Source: an uncultured virus (IMG/VR IMGVR_UViG_3300021961_000064)
Taxonomy: Duplodnaviria > Heunggongvirae > Uroviricota > Caudoviricetes
Reading direction: 5' to 3' (one strand)
Length of the DNA: 64,000 nt
Virus record (IMG/VR): IMGVR_UViG_3300021961_000064
Positions 1 to 8,385 of the stretch are shown here, in pieces; position 1 is the first letter of the stretch, and each line of letters opens with the position of its first letter. A model generated the notes under the pieces. The model did no database searches, was not told where the DNA came from, and saw only the letters and a program-made list of their open reading frames with translations. The position numbers were made by a program, and so were the translations under genes.

Positions 1-892
1 CTTCAAAGTTTTCAACGATTTTAATATCTACTACACCAGTCTTATAAATCTTGTCAACAAACTTTTCAAACTGAAGTTGATCAGACTTCTTACGAACAAT
101 AATCTTTACGATCTTGTCCTTGTAAGGTTCTGCATTGAATAGTTGTGGTTTATTATCTTCATAATAAATCCGTTCAAACATCGTATAAGGATTCTCAACA
201 AACTCCAAATCAAACGTTTCCGTATCAAAGAAGTTGAATCCACGTTTATCGTTTACATCATTCCAGAACAACTGATAAGGATTGCCAAGATAGAAAATTT
301 TACCGTTGTTAGAACGAGTGTGATAGTGTCCAGAACAAACAATTTGAAACTTGTCGAGGACATTAGTTTCCATACCATGTTGTTGAACATTACCAGGATA
401 AACTGCAAATCCTTGTAGTTCCAAGTGACCAAACGCAGCCTTTGCTTTAGTCTTAGAAAGTTTGGTAAGTGTTTCTTCTTGATTCTCTGCAGAAATCCAG
501 GGAATCATAAAGGTGTTCATTCCTGCAACATCGTATTCACCAGGACTAGAGATAGGAACAATGTTGTCATACTCTCTTAAAAGGGACTCGATGGAGTTGA
601 CTTCATTCGTGTTCTTATAATATGCGTCGTGGTTACCTACAATTTGATAAACAGTAACTCCAAGATCACGGAACCTGTCATAGACATTTTCTTTTGCCCA
701 GTTCAGACACCAGAAATCAATGGACTTACGGCTATCAAATGCATCACCAAGGTGAATACAGTGTTTAATATTTCTCTTCTCTAGTTCTGGGAAGAAAATA
801 TCTTCATAGAACTTTTTAAAATAATCATGAAAGGTTTTACTACCTTTTCTGGCACCATAATGGGTGTCAGTCACACATGCAACTAGGGTCAT
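1..892 (-). CDS. gp47: Recombination endonuclease subunit (Mre11/SbcD-like, T4 gp47); runs off the window; absent from the ORF track
   Basis: Manual translation from ATG 892, which overlaps the gp55 TGA: MTLVACVTDTHYGARKGS...HLGDAFDSRK...VGNHDAYYKN...FGHLE...SGHYHTRS...YLGNPYQ. These are metallophosphoesterase motifs, and the gp55-gp47 synteny is canonical. Confidence 0.95.
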   Translation of the reverse strand, partial: MTLVACVTDTHYGARKGSKTFHDYFKKFYEDIFFPELEKRNIKHCIHLGDAFDSRKSIDFWCLNWAKENVYDRFRDLGVTVYQIVGNHDAYYKNTNEVNSIESLLREYDNIVPISSPGEYDVAGMNTFMIPWISAENQEETLTKLSKTKAKAAFGHLELQGFAVYPGNVQQHGMETNVLDKFQIVCSGHYHTRSNNGKIFYLGNPYQLFWNDVNDKRGFNFFDTETFDLEFVENPYTMFERIYYEDNKPQLFNAEPYKDKIVKIIVRKKSDQLQFEKFVDKIYKTGVVDIKIVENFE

Positions 893-1362
893 TGATACAT
901 TTTTGTTTGAATAGAATCCTTAATGCTATTATAGTCGGAAGAGTTGCCATAGTCATCGTCTACCGTGAACACTTCGTCGTAACCAGACCTCTCAATGATT
1001 TTACTTCTGATCTCCATCTGTTTTTTCTCCTTCTGGATTCTACGGAGAAATGCGTAATGAATGATCTGCGTAAAGTAAGCAAAAGGATTCGAAGATTTCT
1101 CAGGATTAAAATTATGAATGTACTGAACACAATTCTCGATTCCGTCACAGATCATGTCCTCACGGAACATGTAATTGACAAAGTTTGGTTTGTATGAAAG
1201 GTGAGTAGCAATCTTCAGGAAACACTCGCCAAGGTAATTGGTAATACGAGGTTTTGGAAGTCCGTTTTCTTCAGCTCTCTTTACGTCAATTTTATATTGA
1301 ACAATTGCTTCTAAAAATTCCTTGTTGTTAACGTAATGTTCTGATCTCTTGCGTTTTTGCAT
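889..1362 (-). CDS. gp55: Late-transcription sigma factor
   Basis: HYVNNKEFL, KIATHLSYKPNFVNY, NFNPEKSSNPFAYFTQIIHYAFLRRIQKEKKQ. Confidence 0.96.
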   Translation of the reverse strand: MQKRKRSEHYVNNKEFLEAIVQYKIDVKRAEENGLPKPRITNYLGECFLKIATHLSYKPNFVNYMFREDMICDGIENCVQYIHNFNPEKSSNPFAYFTQIIHYAFLRRIQKEKKQMEIRSKIIERSGYDEVFTVDDDYGNSSDYNSIKDSIQTKMYQ

Positions 1363-1397
1363 AAGTCCATAAGTCCCTTTTATCTTAAGTTGTTTAA

Positions 1398-1426
1398 ATT
1401 ATAACATTATGAACAACTCTTGACAA
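1398..1426 (-). promoter_or_regulatory. Sigma70-type promoter for gp55/gp47
   Basis: Minus strand TTGTCA-N17-TATAAT with extended -10 TG, in the intergenic gap upstream of gp55. Confidence 0.7.
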
Positions 1427-1472
1427 GACCCCCCAATAACCGGTACAATTACTCTGTGGAGTTTCAAAGACA

Positions 1473-1883
1473 TCAGCTATCTTTAATATCTTTAGATCTA
1501 TAAAGCTTTTCAAATTGTGTCCTTGCTTCAGAAACTGAAGAAATATATCCCATTTCTCTACTTATTCCGTTGGGATTTTCGTCTTTAGTTTCTTGTTGAT
1601 TTAAAAACTTTTTATACATTTCAATAGTATCTTCATCTTTTACTTCACTAATAGTGACGACTCTATCCATATTCAATAAAAATGTATCGTCATCAGCGAA
1701 TTTAAGCCATGGATCTATTTTATATCCTTGCATTCCAATTTGTTTCATCATAATGACTTCTATGACAACAGGGTTGTGAAGAATCAAAAATAGTCTATCA
1801 TATTCCTCCGTTGGAGAAACAATGGAGAATATTTCTTCTCCAGTGACTAATTTTATTACTGCATAGAAATCTTCTTCCATCAT
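1473..1883 (-). CDS. Conserved cyanomyophage hypothetical protein (possible Sm-like fold)
   Basis: IKLVTGEEI N-terminal motif; usual position between uvsW and gp55. Confidence 0.75.
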   Translation of the reverse strand: MMEEDFYAVIKLVTGEEIFSIVSPTEEYDRLFLILHNPVVIEVIMMKQIGMQGYKIDPWLKFADDDTFLLNMDRVVTISEVKDEDTIEMYKKFLNQQETKDENPNGISREMGYISSVSEARTQFEKLYRSKDIKDS

Positions 1884-3343
1884 TCTTTTAAATTTACCTG
1901 TACAAATTCATAATTAAAATTCTCTTCATTGTAAATTTTTACTCTTTCAATGAGATGGTTTAGTGTGTAGTTTTTTCTTGAATTTTTTGTGCAATCATCA
2001 GCAATATCATAAAGAACTGCTTGGGTTTTATTATTTCCTTTTCTTAGAACCCTACCAATAGATTGAAGATTACGGATTCTTGATTTTGATGGTGATGCAA
2101 ATATAACGTTGTGTAGGTTTTTAATATTAATACCAGTTGAGAATGTCCCATAAGATGCAACAATAATTGCATTATCTTCTCTTTCAGTGATTTCTCGGAC
2201 TAATTCTCTTTCTCCAGCATCAACACCACCATGAACGTAAAAAACTTTACGTCCATCTTTTACAGAATTATTTATCGATTCGTATAAAGGTTGACCATGA
2301 GATTCGACTCTAGAGAATAAAATAAGAGTATTGCCTTTAAGATCTAATGCAAGATTCTTGATAAACTTGTTTCTCTTGGGATGTCCAATAATGAACTGAA
2401 CTTCATCTTCAAAGTTCTCAAAAGTTTGTGGATTGTGTTTGAGAATGATAATTTTAATTTGAAGTTTGGAGAGATGACCCTTGTCAATCAGTTCTTTGGT
2501 TTGAGTAACTTTATATGACGGCCCAAAGAGTCCTTCCAAAACCCATTTATGAGTTTGAGTACCGTCAAGAGTACCAGTAAATCCAAATCTATATTTTGTG
2601 TTGTCCATCTTGGTCATGATGTTGACCAGAGACTTTGATTTGAACTGATGAGCCTCATCTCCAATGACTACATCAAACGCATCGTAGAACCCTCTAGGCA
2701 GTTTGTAGATGGACTGCCAGGTAGTTATGACTACAGGGAACTCATTCGTCTTCTCACGACCACTGTAGATGCGGTGGCAGAAGTCCTCAGCGTTCCATCC
2801 ATAGTCCACAAAGTCTTTATACATTTGTTCCACCAGAGACGTTGTAGGAACGACCAGGAGGATCTTCTTATCTCTTTCTGCAAAGTACCTGACAACAGAG
2901 TAAATCATCAGAGATTTGCCTGATGCAGTTGGTGAGATTAGAAGTTTGCGATTGTATCTGAGTGCATCATAGACTGCATCAACCTGATAATCTCTAGGTT
3001 TATGTTTAGAGATCCGAGTCATGTAATCTTTAACTCCTTCACGAGAAATCATTTCATTCTCTTCTAAAGGAGTTCCGTAGAACTTATTATTTTCAAACTC
3101 AATATTGTAATCGTATTTCTTCGCCCATGCACAAACTTTATCTAACAAACCAACGTAAATTTCTCCAGTATGTGTTGAGAAAAGACGAATCTTTCCATCC
3201 CAATACTTACTTCTGTACTGAGGCATAAACTTTGCCCCTGGTACATCAAAAGTAAAGTGTTCGGATAGTTCCTGAAAGATATGCGGTTCTGCTTTAATCT
3301 TCAGGAAGACTTCGTTCTTTTTCGCAATTACAATATCAGTCAT
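1880..3343 (-). CDS. uvsW: RNA-DNA/DNA-DNA helicase UvsW
   Basis: SF2 motifs SPTASGKS, DEAH, GFTGT, QSIGRVLR, and WDGKIRLF. Start moved to ATG 3343, which has AGAGG upstream. Confidence 0.96.
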   Translation of the reverse strand: MTDIVIAKKNEVFLKIKAEPHIFQELSEHFTFDVPGAKFMPQYRSKYWDGKIRLFSTHTGEIYVGLLDKVCAWAKKYDYNIEFENNKFYGTPLEENEMISREGVKDYMTRISKHKPRDYQVDAVYDALRYNRKLLISPTASGKSLMIYSVVRYFAERDKKILLVVPTTSLVEQMYKDFVDYGWNAEDFCHRIYSGREKTNEFPVVITTWQSIYKLPRGFYDAFDVVIGDEAHQFKSKSLVNIMTKMDNTKYRFGFTGTLDGTQTHKWVLEGLFGPSYKVTQTKELIDKGHLSKLQIKIIILKHNPQTFENFEDEVQFIIGHPKRNKFIKNLALDLKGNTLILFSRVESHGQPLYESINNSVKDGRKVFYVHGGVDAGERELVREITEREDNAIIVASYGTFSTGINIKNLHNVIFASPSKSRIRNLQSIGRVLRKGNNKTQAVLYDIADDCTKNSRKNYTLNHLIERVKIYNEENFNYEFVQVNLKE

Positions 3344-3764
3344 AACCTCTAATAAATTTCTGCCACTCAATGGCATTTTTCAACTGGTATGTTCTATTTA
3401 ATATAGTTTTGATAATGCTGTCCAGATAGTTCAACATCATCTGGTAGTATTCGATTTTAGTCTGGCACTTGATTAGATCTTCATCTGCGTCCAGATATTT
3501 GTCCAGATCATTCTTGAGAACTTTATGATCAAAGGGTTTTTCAATATAAACATCTGGTTCTGCCTTTCCAGAGTAATATTGCCACTTTTCTTTTTTTAAA
3601 ATCTTATATTTGTTTTCCTGAGCCTTTTTAAGAGTCAGGATATTGTTGAACAACTTGTAGTATTTTGCGTGAAGACTGGGAATCTTTACTGATTCTGTGT
3701 GGAGATTGTCTTCATCAATTTTTGAGTCTTCTTCCCAAAGTCTTTGAATTTCATCAAGATTCAT
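3336..3764 (-). CDS. uvsY: Recombination mediator UvsY
   Basis: IPSLHAKYY, KWQYYSGKA, YLDADEDL, IKNAIEW-like end; synteny. Start taken at MNLDEIQ. Confidence 0.93.
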   Translation of the reverse strand: MNLDEIQRLWEEDSKIDEDNLHTESVKIPSLHAKYYKLFNNILTLKKAQENKYKILKKEKWQYYSGKAEPDVYIEKPFDHKVLKNDLDKYLDADEDLIKCQTKIEYYQMMLNYLDSIIKTILNRTYQLKNAIEWQKFIRGYD

Positions 3765-4287
3765 AATTAGCGATTTTATAAAGAGCATACTTAAAAGTTA
3801 CAGATGCGGTAACGTATTGTACATCTGTGTCAGAAGCGTCAAATTCTATACTTGATAGAGAAACTGGAAATAGTCCTTGGAACTTTACCATCGTTGATGG
3901 TTGAAAATTACTGTTGTATATGATTAGAGTTCCATCGGAAATATTTGGATCTTGTCCTGGATTATTTGGATCACTATCCTTCCACTCTATGTATTCGTAA
4001 ACACTTTCTGGATAACCAAGACCTCTCATCCAGTTTTGAACGATAGTATAGTTTTCAAGATTTTCATCCACATTAAATCTCATAGTGAAATCATCAAAAA
4101 CCAATTTATCTCCAGGAATCGGAATATCCTTCAGATATGTTGGTTGGATGGCTGCACCAAGATTTATGCCGGGAATGTTTGCAGAATTAGAAAAGAAATC
4201 AACTTTAGGAGCTCTTGTTAGATTAAACTTAAATCCAAGAGGGGTAAGAAAATTTCTATTTGCAATTTGTTTATCAAATGCGCTCAT
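3754..4287 (-). CDS. gp3: Tail completion / sheath stabilizer
   Basis: NRNFLTPLGFKF, PKVDFF, ANIPGINLG, VDENLENY, FPVSLS; synteny. Confidence 0.9.
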   Translation of the reverse strand: MSAFDKQIANRNFLTPLGFKFNLTRAPKVDFFSNSANIPGINLGAAIQPTYLKDIPIPGDKLVFDDFTMRFNVDENLENYTIVQNWMRGLGYPESVYEYIEWKDSDPNNPGQDPNISDGTLIIYNSNFQPSTMVKFQGLFPVSLSSIEFDASDTDVQYVTASVTFKYALYKIANYES

Positions 4288-4291
4288 ATTT

Positions 4292-4450
4292 TCATTCAGA
4301 AACAATCATGTTAAACCAAGCTTCACTCATACCAGTAATGATGTGATCTGCAGATTCTTTGTCTTCTGCATAACCTTCATTAATTAGATGGTCAACTACT
4401 TTTTCGTAGTTTTCATGAATTTCTTTAGTTTGTCTTGGGGATGGTTTCAT
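4292..4450 (-). CDS. 52-aa hypothetical protein (not in ORF track)
   Basis: MKPSPRQTKEIHENYEKVVDHLINEGYAEDKESADHIITGMSEAWFNMIVSE*; fills the gp23-gp3 gap and has a CTAAATA late-promoter-like site at 4474-4480. Confidence 0.8.
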   Translation of the reverse strand: MKPSPRQTKEIHENYEKVVDHLINEGYAEDKESADHIITGMSEAWFNMIVSE

Positions 4451-4482
4451 TTTTCAAACTTAATCCGATATTTTATTTAGAC

Positions 4483-4511
4483 AAAAAAAGAGACCCCCGA
4501 AGGAGTCTCTT
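4483..4511 (-). terminator. Rho-independent terminator after gp23
   Basis: AAGAGACTCC-TTCG-GGGGTCTCTT followed by a T run; C(UUCG)G tetraloop typical of T4-like phages. Confidence 0.92.
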
Positions 4512-4532
4512 GGTTTTTATGTGAACTATGGA

Positions 4533-5903
4533 TCACATTAGGTTTGCAACCTTTACTCTTCTGTAGTAACGGTTTGCGTTTACGGTTAGAGCACCGAGAC
4601 CAGCGTTGGTTCCTTCTGCAAATGGGTTTGCAACGATACCGTAACGGGTCTTGAATCCGATCTTAGGCTGGAAGGTGTCCTGACCAACGGCACGTACCAT
4701 CTGGAGAGGTACATATGGGCAGTAGAAGAGACCTGCGTCATAAGCGCTGGATCCCTTATAACCTACAACGTAGTACTGGTTGGAAGCATCTACGTTAGCA
4801 GCATAAGGATCGATGTATACACGATACTTACCTTGGAGTACACCTGCGAAGGTGTTACCGGTGTCATCAACGTTTAGGTTAGCGTTGAGTGCTGGGGTGT
4901 AATCAAGTACACCAGCCATGGTTAGAGCGGAAGCAACGTCTGCAGAGCAGATGATGGTGTTGCCCTTTCCTCTACGAGTTCTTTGTGCAATCGCGTTAGC
5001 GTCGCGCTCGATTTGGAATAGAAGTCCCTTGAACTTCTCAACAGACCAACGACCGTTGGAGTCAACGTCGAGGTCGAATGTACCAGCGTTAGCAACGTTT
5101 GATACAGCACCCTGCTCAGCAGTCTTGTAGATGGTTCTGATAACTTCGCGGTTGATCTCAGCAAGAATCTCGGTGGAGAGAATGTTTGCGAGTTCAGCCT
5201 CGGCGTTTAGACCGTGGATTGCCTTGAGGTCTTGAGCGAGCTCTAGGGAGTACTCAGCCTTGAGGGCACGTGACTTTGCAGTTACGGTTACCTTCTCGAT
5301 GCTGAATGCCATCTGGTTGAAAGCATTAGCACCACCATCTCCGAGTGCCTCAGCCTCAGCGGTGGTCATACCCTGACCAACGTTGTAAGCGGTCTGATCA
5401 GCAGAACCAGTTGGGTTTAGAACGCTAGGGTTGGATCCAGCCTGAGTGGTTGTACCCATACCAACAGCAGAAGCGGTGAATCCACCGGTTAGGTTACGGC
5501 TGTTGTTCTGAGCAGAGAATGCAGAATCTACTTCATCGTAGAAAGTCTCGTCTCCGGTCTGGGAGTCTCTGCGGGAGCGCATTGCGAAGATTAGTCCAGT
5601 AGGACCACTCATTGGTTGAACGCCACAAACGTCATAAGCAATGAGGTTAGGCATTGCACGACGAATTAGGCTGATTAGAACTGGATCGAATCCAGCTACG
5701 CCAGCACCAGCAGGGGCATGTCCAGAGTTAACTGGTGCAGCCTCTCCTAGGAAAGAAGCTTGCTCTTGTGCTTCTCTCTCTTGGTTCTCTAGGAGTTGAG
5801 CGGTTACAGCTCTTCTGTGTGCATCCTTAATAGATCCTAGACCTTCGAAGTCTAGAACTGGAGCCCACTTCTCCATTAATTGTTGGGTGTTAGTTCCTTC
5901 CAT
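4533..5903 (-). CDS. gp23: Major capsid protein
   Basis: EKWAPVLD, FDPVLISLIRRAMPNLIAYDVCGVQPMSGPTGLIFAMR, KSRALKAEYSLELAQDLKAIHGL, YCPYVPLQMVRA. Confidence 0.99.
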   Translation of the reverse strand: MEGTNTQQLMEKWAPVLDFEGLGSIKDAHRRAVTAQLLENQEREAQEQASFLGEAAPVNSGHAPAGAGVAGFDPVLISLIRRAMPNLIAYDVCGVQPMSGPTGLIFAMRSRRDSQTGDETFYDEVDSAFSAQNNSRNLTGGFTASAVGMGTTTQAGSNPSVLNPTGSADQTAYNVGQGMTTAEAEALGDGGANAFNQMAFSIEKVTVTAKSRALKAEYSLELAQDLKAIHGLNAEAELANILSTEILAEINREVIRTIYKTAEQGAVSNVANAGTFDLDVDSNGRWSVEKFKGLLFQIERDANAIAQRTRRGKGNTIICSADVASALTMAGVLDYTPALNANLNVDDTGNTFAGVLQGKYRVYIDPYAANVDASNQYYVVGYKGSSAYDAGLFYCPYVPLQMVRAVGQDTFQPKIGFKTRYGIVANPFAEGTNAGLGALTVNANRYYRRVKVANLM

Positions 5904-5960
5904 TTTTCTTTGATACCTCTTTAAGTGTTGTTAATCTGCGGTTTGAGTATTATCTAAAAA

Positions 5961-7118
5961 TCACTTTTTAGCAACGTTGGAAAGCGCTCTTAAATAAGCG
6001 TCCATAGAATGAGAACGAGTCTCTTCCTGGAAATTCGCTTCTTCTGATAGATTTTCCGTTTCGTCAGCTGGAGTACCAGCGTGCTCTGGGAAGTAAGACT
6101 TCCTTAGAGTTACCAGTTTCTGGTAATAGTCATCTTCACTCTCAAACTCAACACTTTCTACGAGGGATGCAAGCTTATCCTTTTGGGATAGAGCGAGACC
6201 TTCGGAAACTTGGTTGAAGATTCTGTCAGCGGCAGACTCTGCAAGTTTCGCGTTTAGAGCAATATTCTTCTGAATTTGCTCGTTGAGTTTAGTCTCCATA
6301 TCATCAAGTTTTTCTACCATGCTCTCAAGCACATCATATTTCTCTTCAGGCATTGATACATAATGTTCTTCAAAAAGACCCTTCATACCAGCGATGAAGG
6401 ACTCGGTAATTTCAGTCTTAAGACCTGCTTCAACAGCAAGTGCATTTTCTTCTAACCACTCGGATGCAACATACTCTAGGTATGAGTCAACACGCTCGGT
6501 TAGTTCTACTTTGATTTCTTCAACTTCCTCTGCAAGAGCAGCAGCATAGTGCTCTTCTAGAGTAGATTGAATTTCTTTGGTTTTAGAGTGAAGAGCAGCC
6601 TCGAATACGAGTTTTGCCTTCTCTCTAAATTCTTCGGAGAGTTCTTCGCCACCTAGAAGAGCATTTACATCCTCTTCAATGATTGCGTCAATGTTGGACT
6701 CTTCTACTACTTCTTCTTCCGTGGTCTCTTCTTCGGAAACAACCTCAGATTCTGTGGTTTCTTCTTCAGAAACAACTTCCTCTTCTGTTACTTCCTCTTC
6801 GGATTCAGCAACAACTTCCTGGTCGTCTTCAATCTCAACCTCGGCTTCCTCTTCTTTCAAACCAGCAGGCATTGCCTCTGCAGGTTTCGCTTTAGCATTT
6901 ACTACATCCTTAACTTGCTTAAGTGATGCGCCAGGTGTTTTCAGCATATTGCTGTTATCATCTGGCTTGCTATTTTCTGGAGTAGGACCGCCGAGGTCTT
7001 CAATCTGAGCACCAGATGGTTTTACCATTGGTTCACCAGCTTTTGCACCAGCATTAACAGCGGTTTTGGATTGTGTTGTGCCTACTTCCATTTCTTGTAA
7101 ATTTTTACCACGGGACAT
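5961..7118 (-). CDS. gp22: Prohead core scaffolding protein
   Basis: Acidic coiled coil; EELSEEFREKAKLVFEAA, VDSYLEYV, KGLFEEHYV. Confidence 0.95.
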   Translation of the reverse strand: MSRGKNLQEMEVGTTQSKTAVNAGAKAGEPMVKPSGAQIEDLGGPTPENSKPDDNSNMLKTPGASLKQVKDVVNAKAKPAEAMPAGLKEEEAEVEIEDDQEVVAESEEEVTEEEVVSEEETTESEVVSEEETTEEEVVEESNIDAIIEEDVNALLGGEELSEEFREKAKLVFEAALHSKTKEIQSTLEEHYAAALAEEVEEIKVELTERVDSYLEYVASEWLEENALAVEAGLKTEITESFIAGMKGLFEEHYVSMPEEKYDVLESMVEKLDDMETKLNEQIQKNIALNAKLAESAADRIFNQVSEGLALSQKDKLASLVESVEFESEDDYYQKLVTLRKSYFPEHAGTPADETENLSEEANFQEETRSHSMDAYLRALSNVAKK

Positions 7119-7150
7119 TTGTACTCTCCGATTACCTTTAGTATAATCTG

Positions 7151-7162
7151 TATTTATTTATA
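7151..7162 (-). promoter_or_regulatory. gp55-dependent late promoter (gp22)
   Basis: TATAAATAAATA upstream of gp22. Confidence 0.8.
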
Positions 7163-7164
7163 AA

Positions 7165-7815
7165 TTAAAGATTTGATAGAAACTCTTGGAACAGATTTAA
7201 TTTCTGTTCATCAAGTCTTTTCTGATCAACAAGAGTGTTAATTCTCTTTTGAGTTTTTTCTGCGAGTTGTTCACGGAGAATTCCTCCATCCCAAACCCAC
7301 TCTTTTCCTTCCATAATTCCTGAAACAAAAGCATCAGGAGCAGAAGGATCGGCAACGATATCAGCAGCAGTTGCTAACATGAAATCTTCACCAACAACTT
7401 TATGACCCTCATTTGTGGTCATTAAAGATCCAACACCACGAGAAGAAACACCAAGCATTACACCTTCATCAAGAAGGGAAGATGCAATCTTACCCATTGG
7501 GGTGTTGAGGATTTGTGCTTTTCCTTTAAAATTATTTCCCTCTTGAACGAGAGAAGTAATCTTATGAGATACACGATCAAGATTAACAGTAGGTCCATCT
7601 GGATGACCTAGTTCACCAAGAGCACGACCTTTAGCAACAAAATTTTCATTATAACGACTTACTTCACGAGCAAGAGTTTGAATGGGATACATTCTACCAT
7701 TACGGTTTTTAATCTCTCCCTGAAGAAATACACCTTCGATGTACAACTTCTTATTAGCACCTTCACCTTCGGTGATAATTTGTACGTTTGTTACTTCTTC
7801 TGTAATTAGTTTCAT
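7165..7815 (-). CDS. gp21: Prohead protease
   Basis: MKLITEE, NRNGRMYP, ALGELGHP, GVSSRGVGS, DIVADPSAPDAFV. Confidence 0.98.
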   Translation of the reverse strand: MKLITEEVTNVQIITEGEGANKKLYIEGVFLQGEIKNRNGRMYPIQTLAREVSRYNENFVAKGRALGELGHPDGPTVNLDRVSHKITSLVQEGNNFKGKAQILNTPMGKIASSLLDEGVMLGVSSRGVGSLMTTNEGHKVVGEDFMLATAADIVADPSAPDAFVSGIMEGKEWVWDGGILREQLAEKTQKRINTLVDQKRLDEQKLNLFQEFLSNL

Positions 7816-7841
7816 CACACTATTATACTTTGCTTATAATA

Positions 7842-7849
7842 TATTTATT
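7842..7849 (-). promoter_or_regulatory. Late promoter (gp21)
   Basis: AATAAATA about 27 nt upstream of the gp21 ATG. Confidence 0.7.
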
Positions 7850-7858
7850 AAAAAGAAG

Positions 7859-8128
7859 TTACGCAAGGATAGGATTATTATCCGAGTCGTGTCTTTGATA
7901 TGTACCTACACCAACTGGATTATTATTTGCATCGTGTCTTTGGTATGATGCTGGTGTTCTAGTTCCGATTCCGGCAGGACTATTATAGGTATACGCTACA
8001 TAATCGGAATTAAAGTCTTCATGTGTAACAGTAGACCATCCTTCAGTTCCACCAAACGTAGTTACGGTAGTAAATCCTGGTTGAGGTGAAACTGGATTAT
8101 TATCTGAATCGTGTCGAATGTAGGTCAT
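7859..8128 (-). CDS. Hypothetical protein with three YxRHDxxNNP repeats
   Basis: Tightly packed ORF in the head cluster; YIRHDSDNNPV, YQRHDANNNPV, YQRHDSDNNPI. Confidence 0.8.
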   Translation of the reverse strand: MTYIRHDSDNNPVSPQPGFTTVTTFGGTEGWSTVTHEDFNSDYVAYTYNSPAGIGTRTPASYQRHDANNNPVGVGTYQRHDSDNNPILA

Positions 8129-8133
8129 TTTTA

Positions 8134-8349
8134 TTATTCCTGATCTTCTTCCTCTTCGGTGTTCTCATCAGTTTCCGAATCAACTTCAGTTTCTTCGGAA
8201 TCTTCTGGCTGTTTGAACATTGAAGCTGCTACTACTGGTCTAACCGCTTCAATATTTTCTGCAGATTTTTGCATCAAAATTTCTTTAATCTTGTCGCTGA
8301 TCTCTGATGCAGATGCATCGGAAACCATCATGTTAATTAGATCATCCAT
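8134..8349 (-). CDS. Small acidic protein after portal (gp67-like prohead core position)
   Basis: SEISDKIKEILMQKSAENIEAVRPVVAASMF plus an acidic tail; AATAAATA at 8380-8387. Confidence 0.75.
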   Translation of the reverse strand: MDDLINMMVSDASASEISDKIKEILMQKSAENIEAVRPVVAASMFKQPEDSEETEVDSETDENTEEEEDQE

Positions 8350-8385
8350 GTTTTCGTAATTTCAAAGTTTGTTTAAATTTATTTA

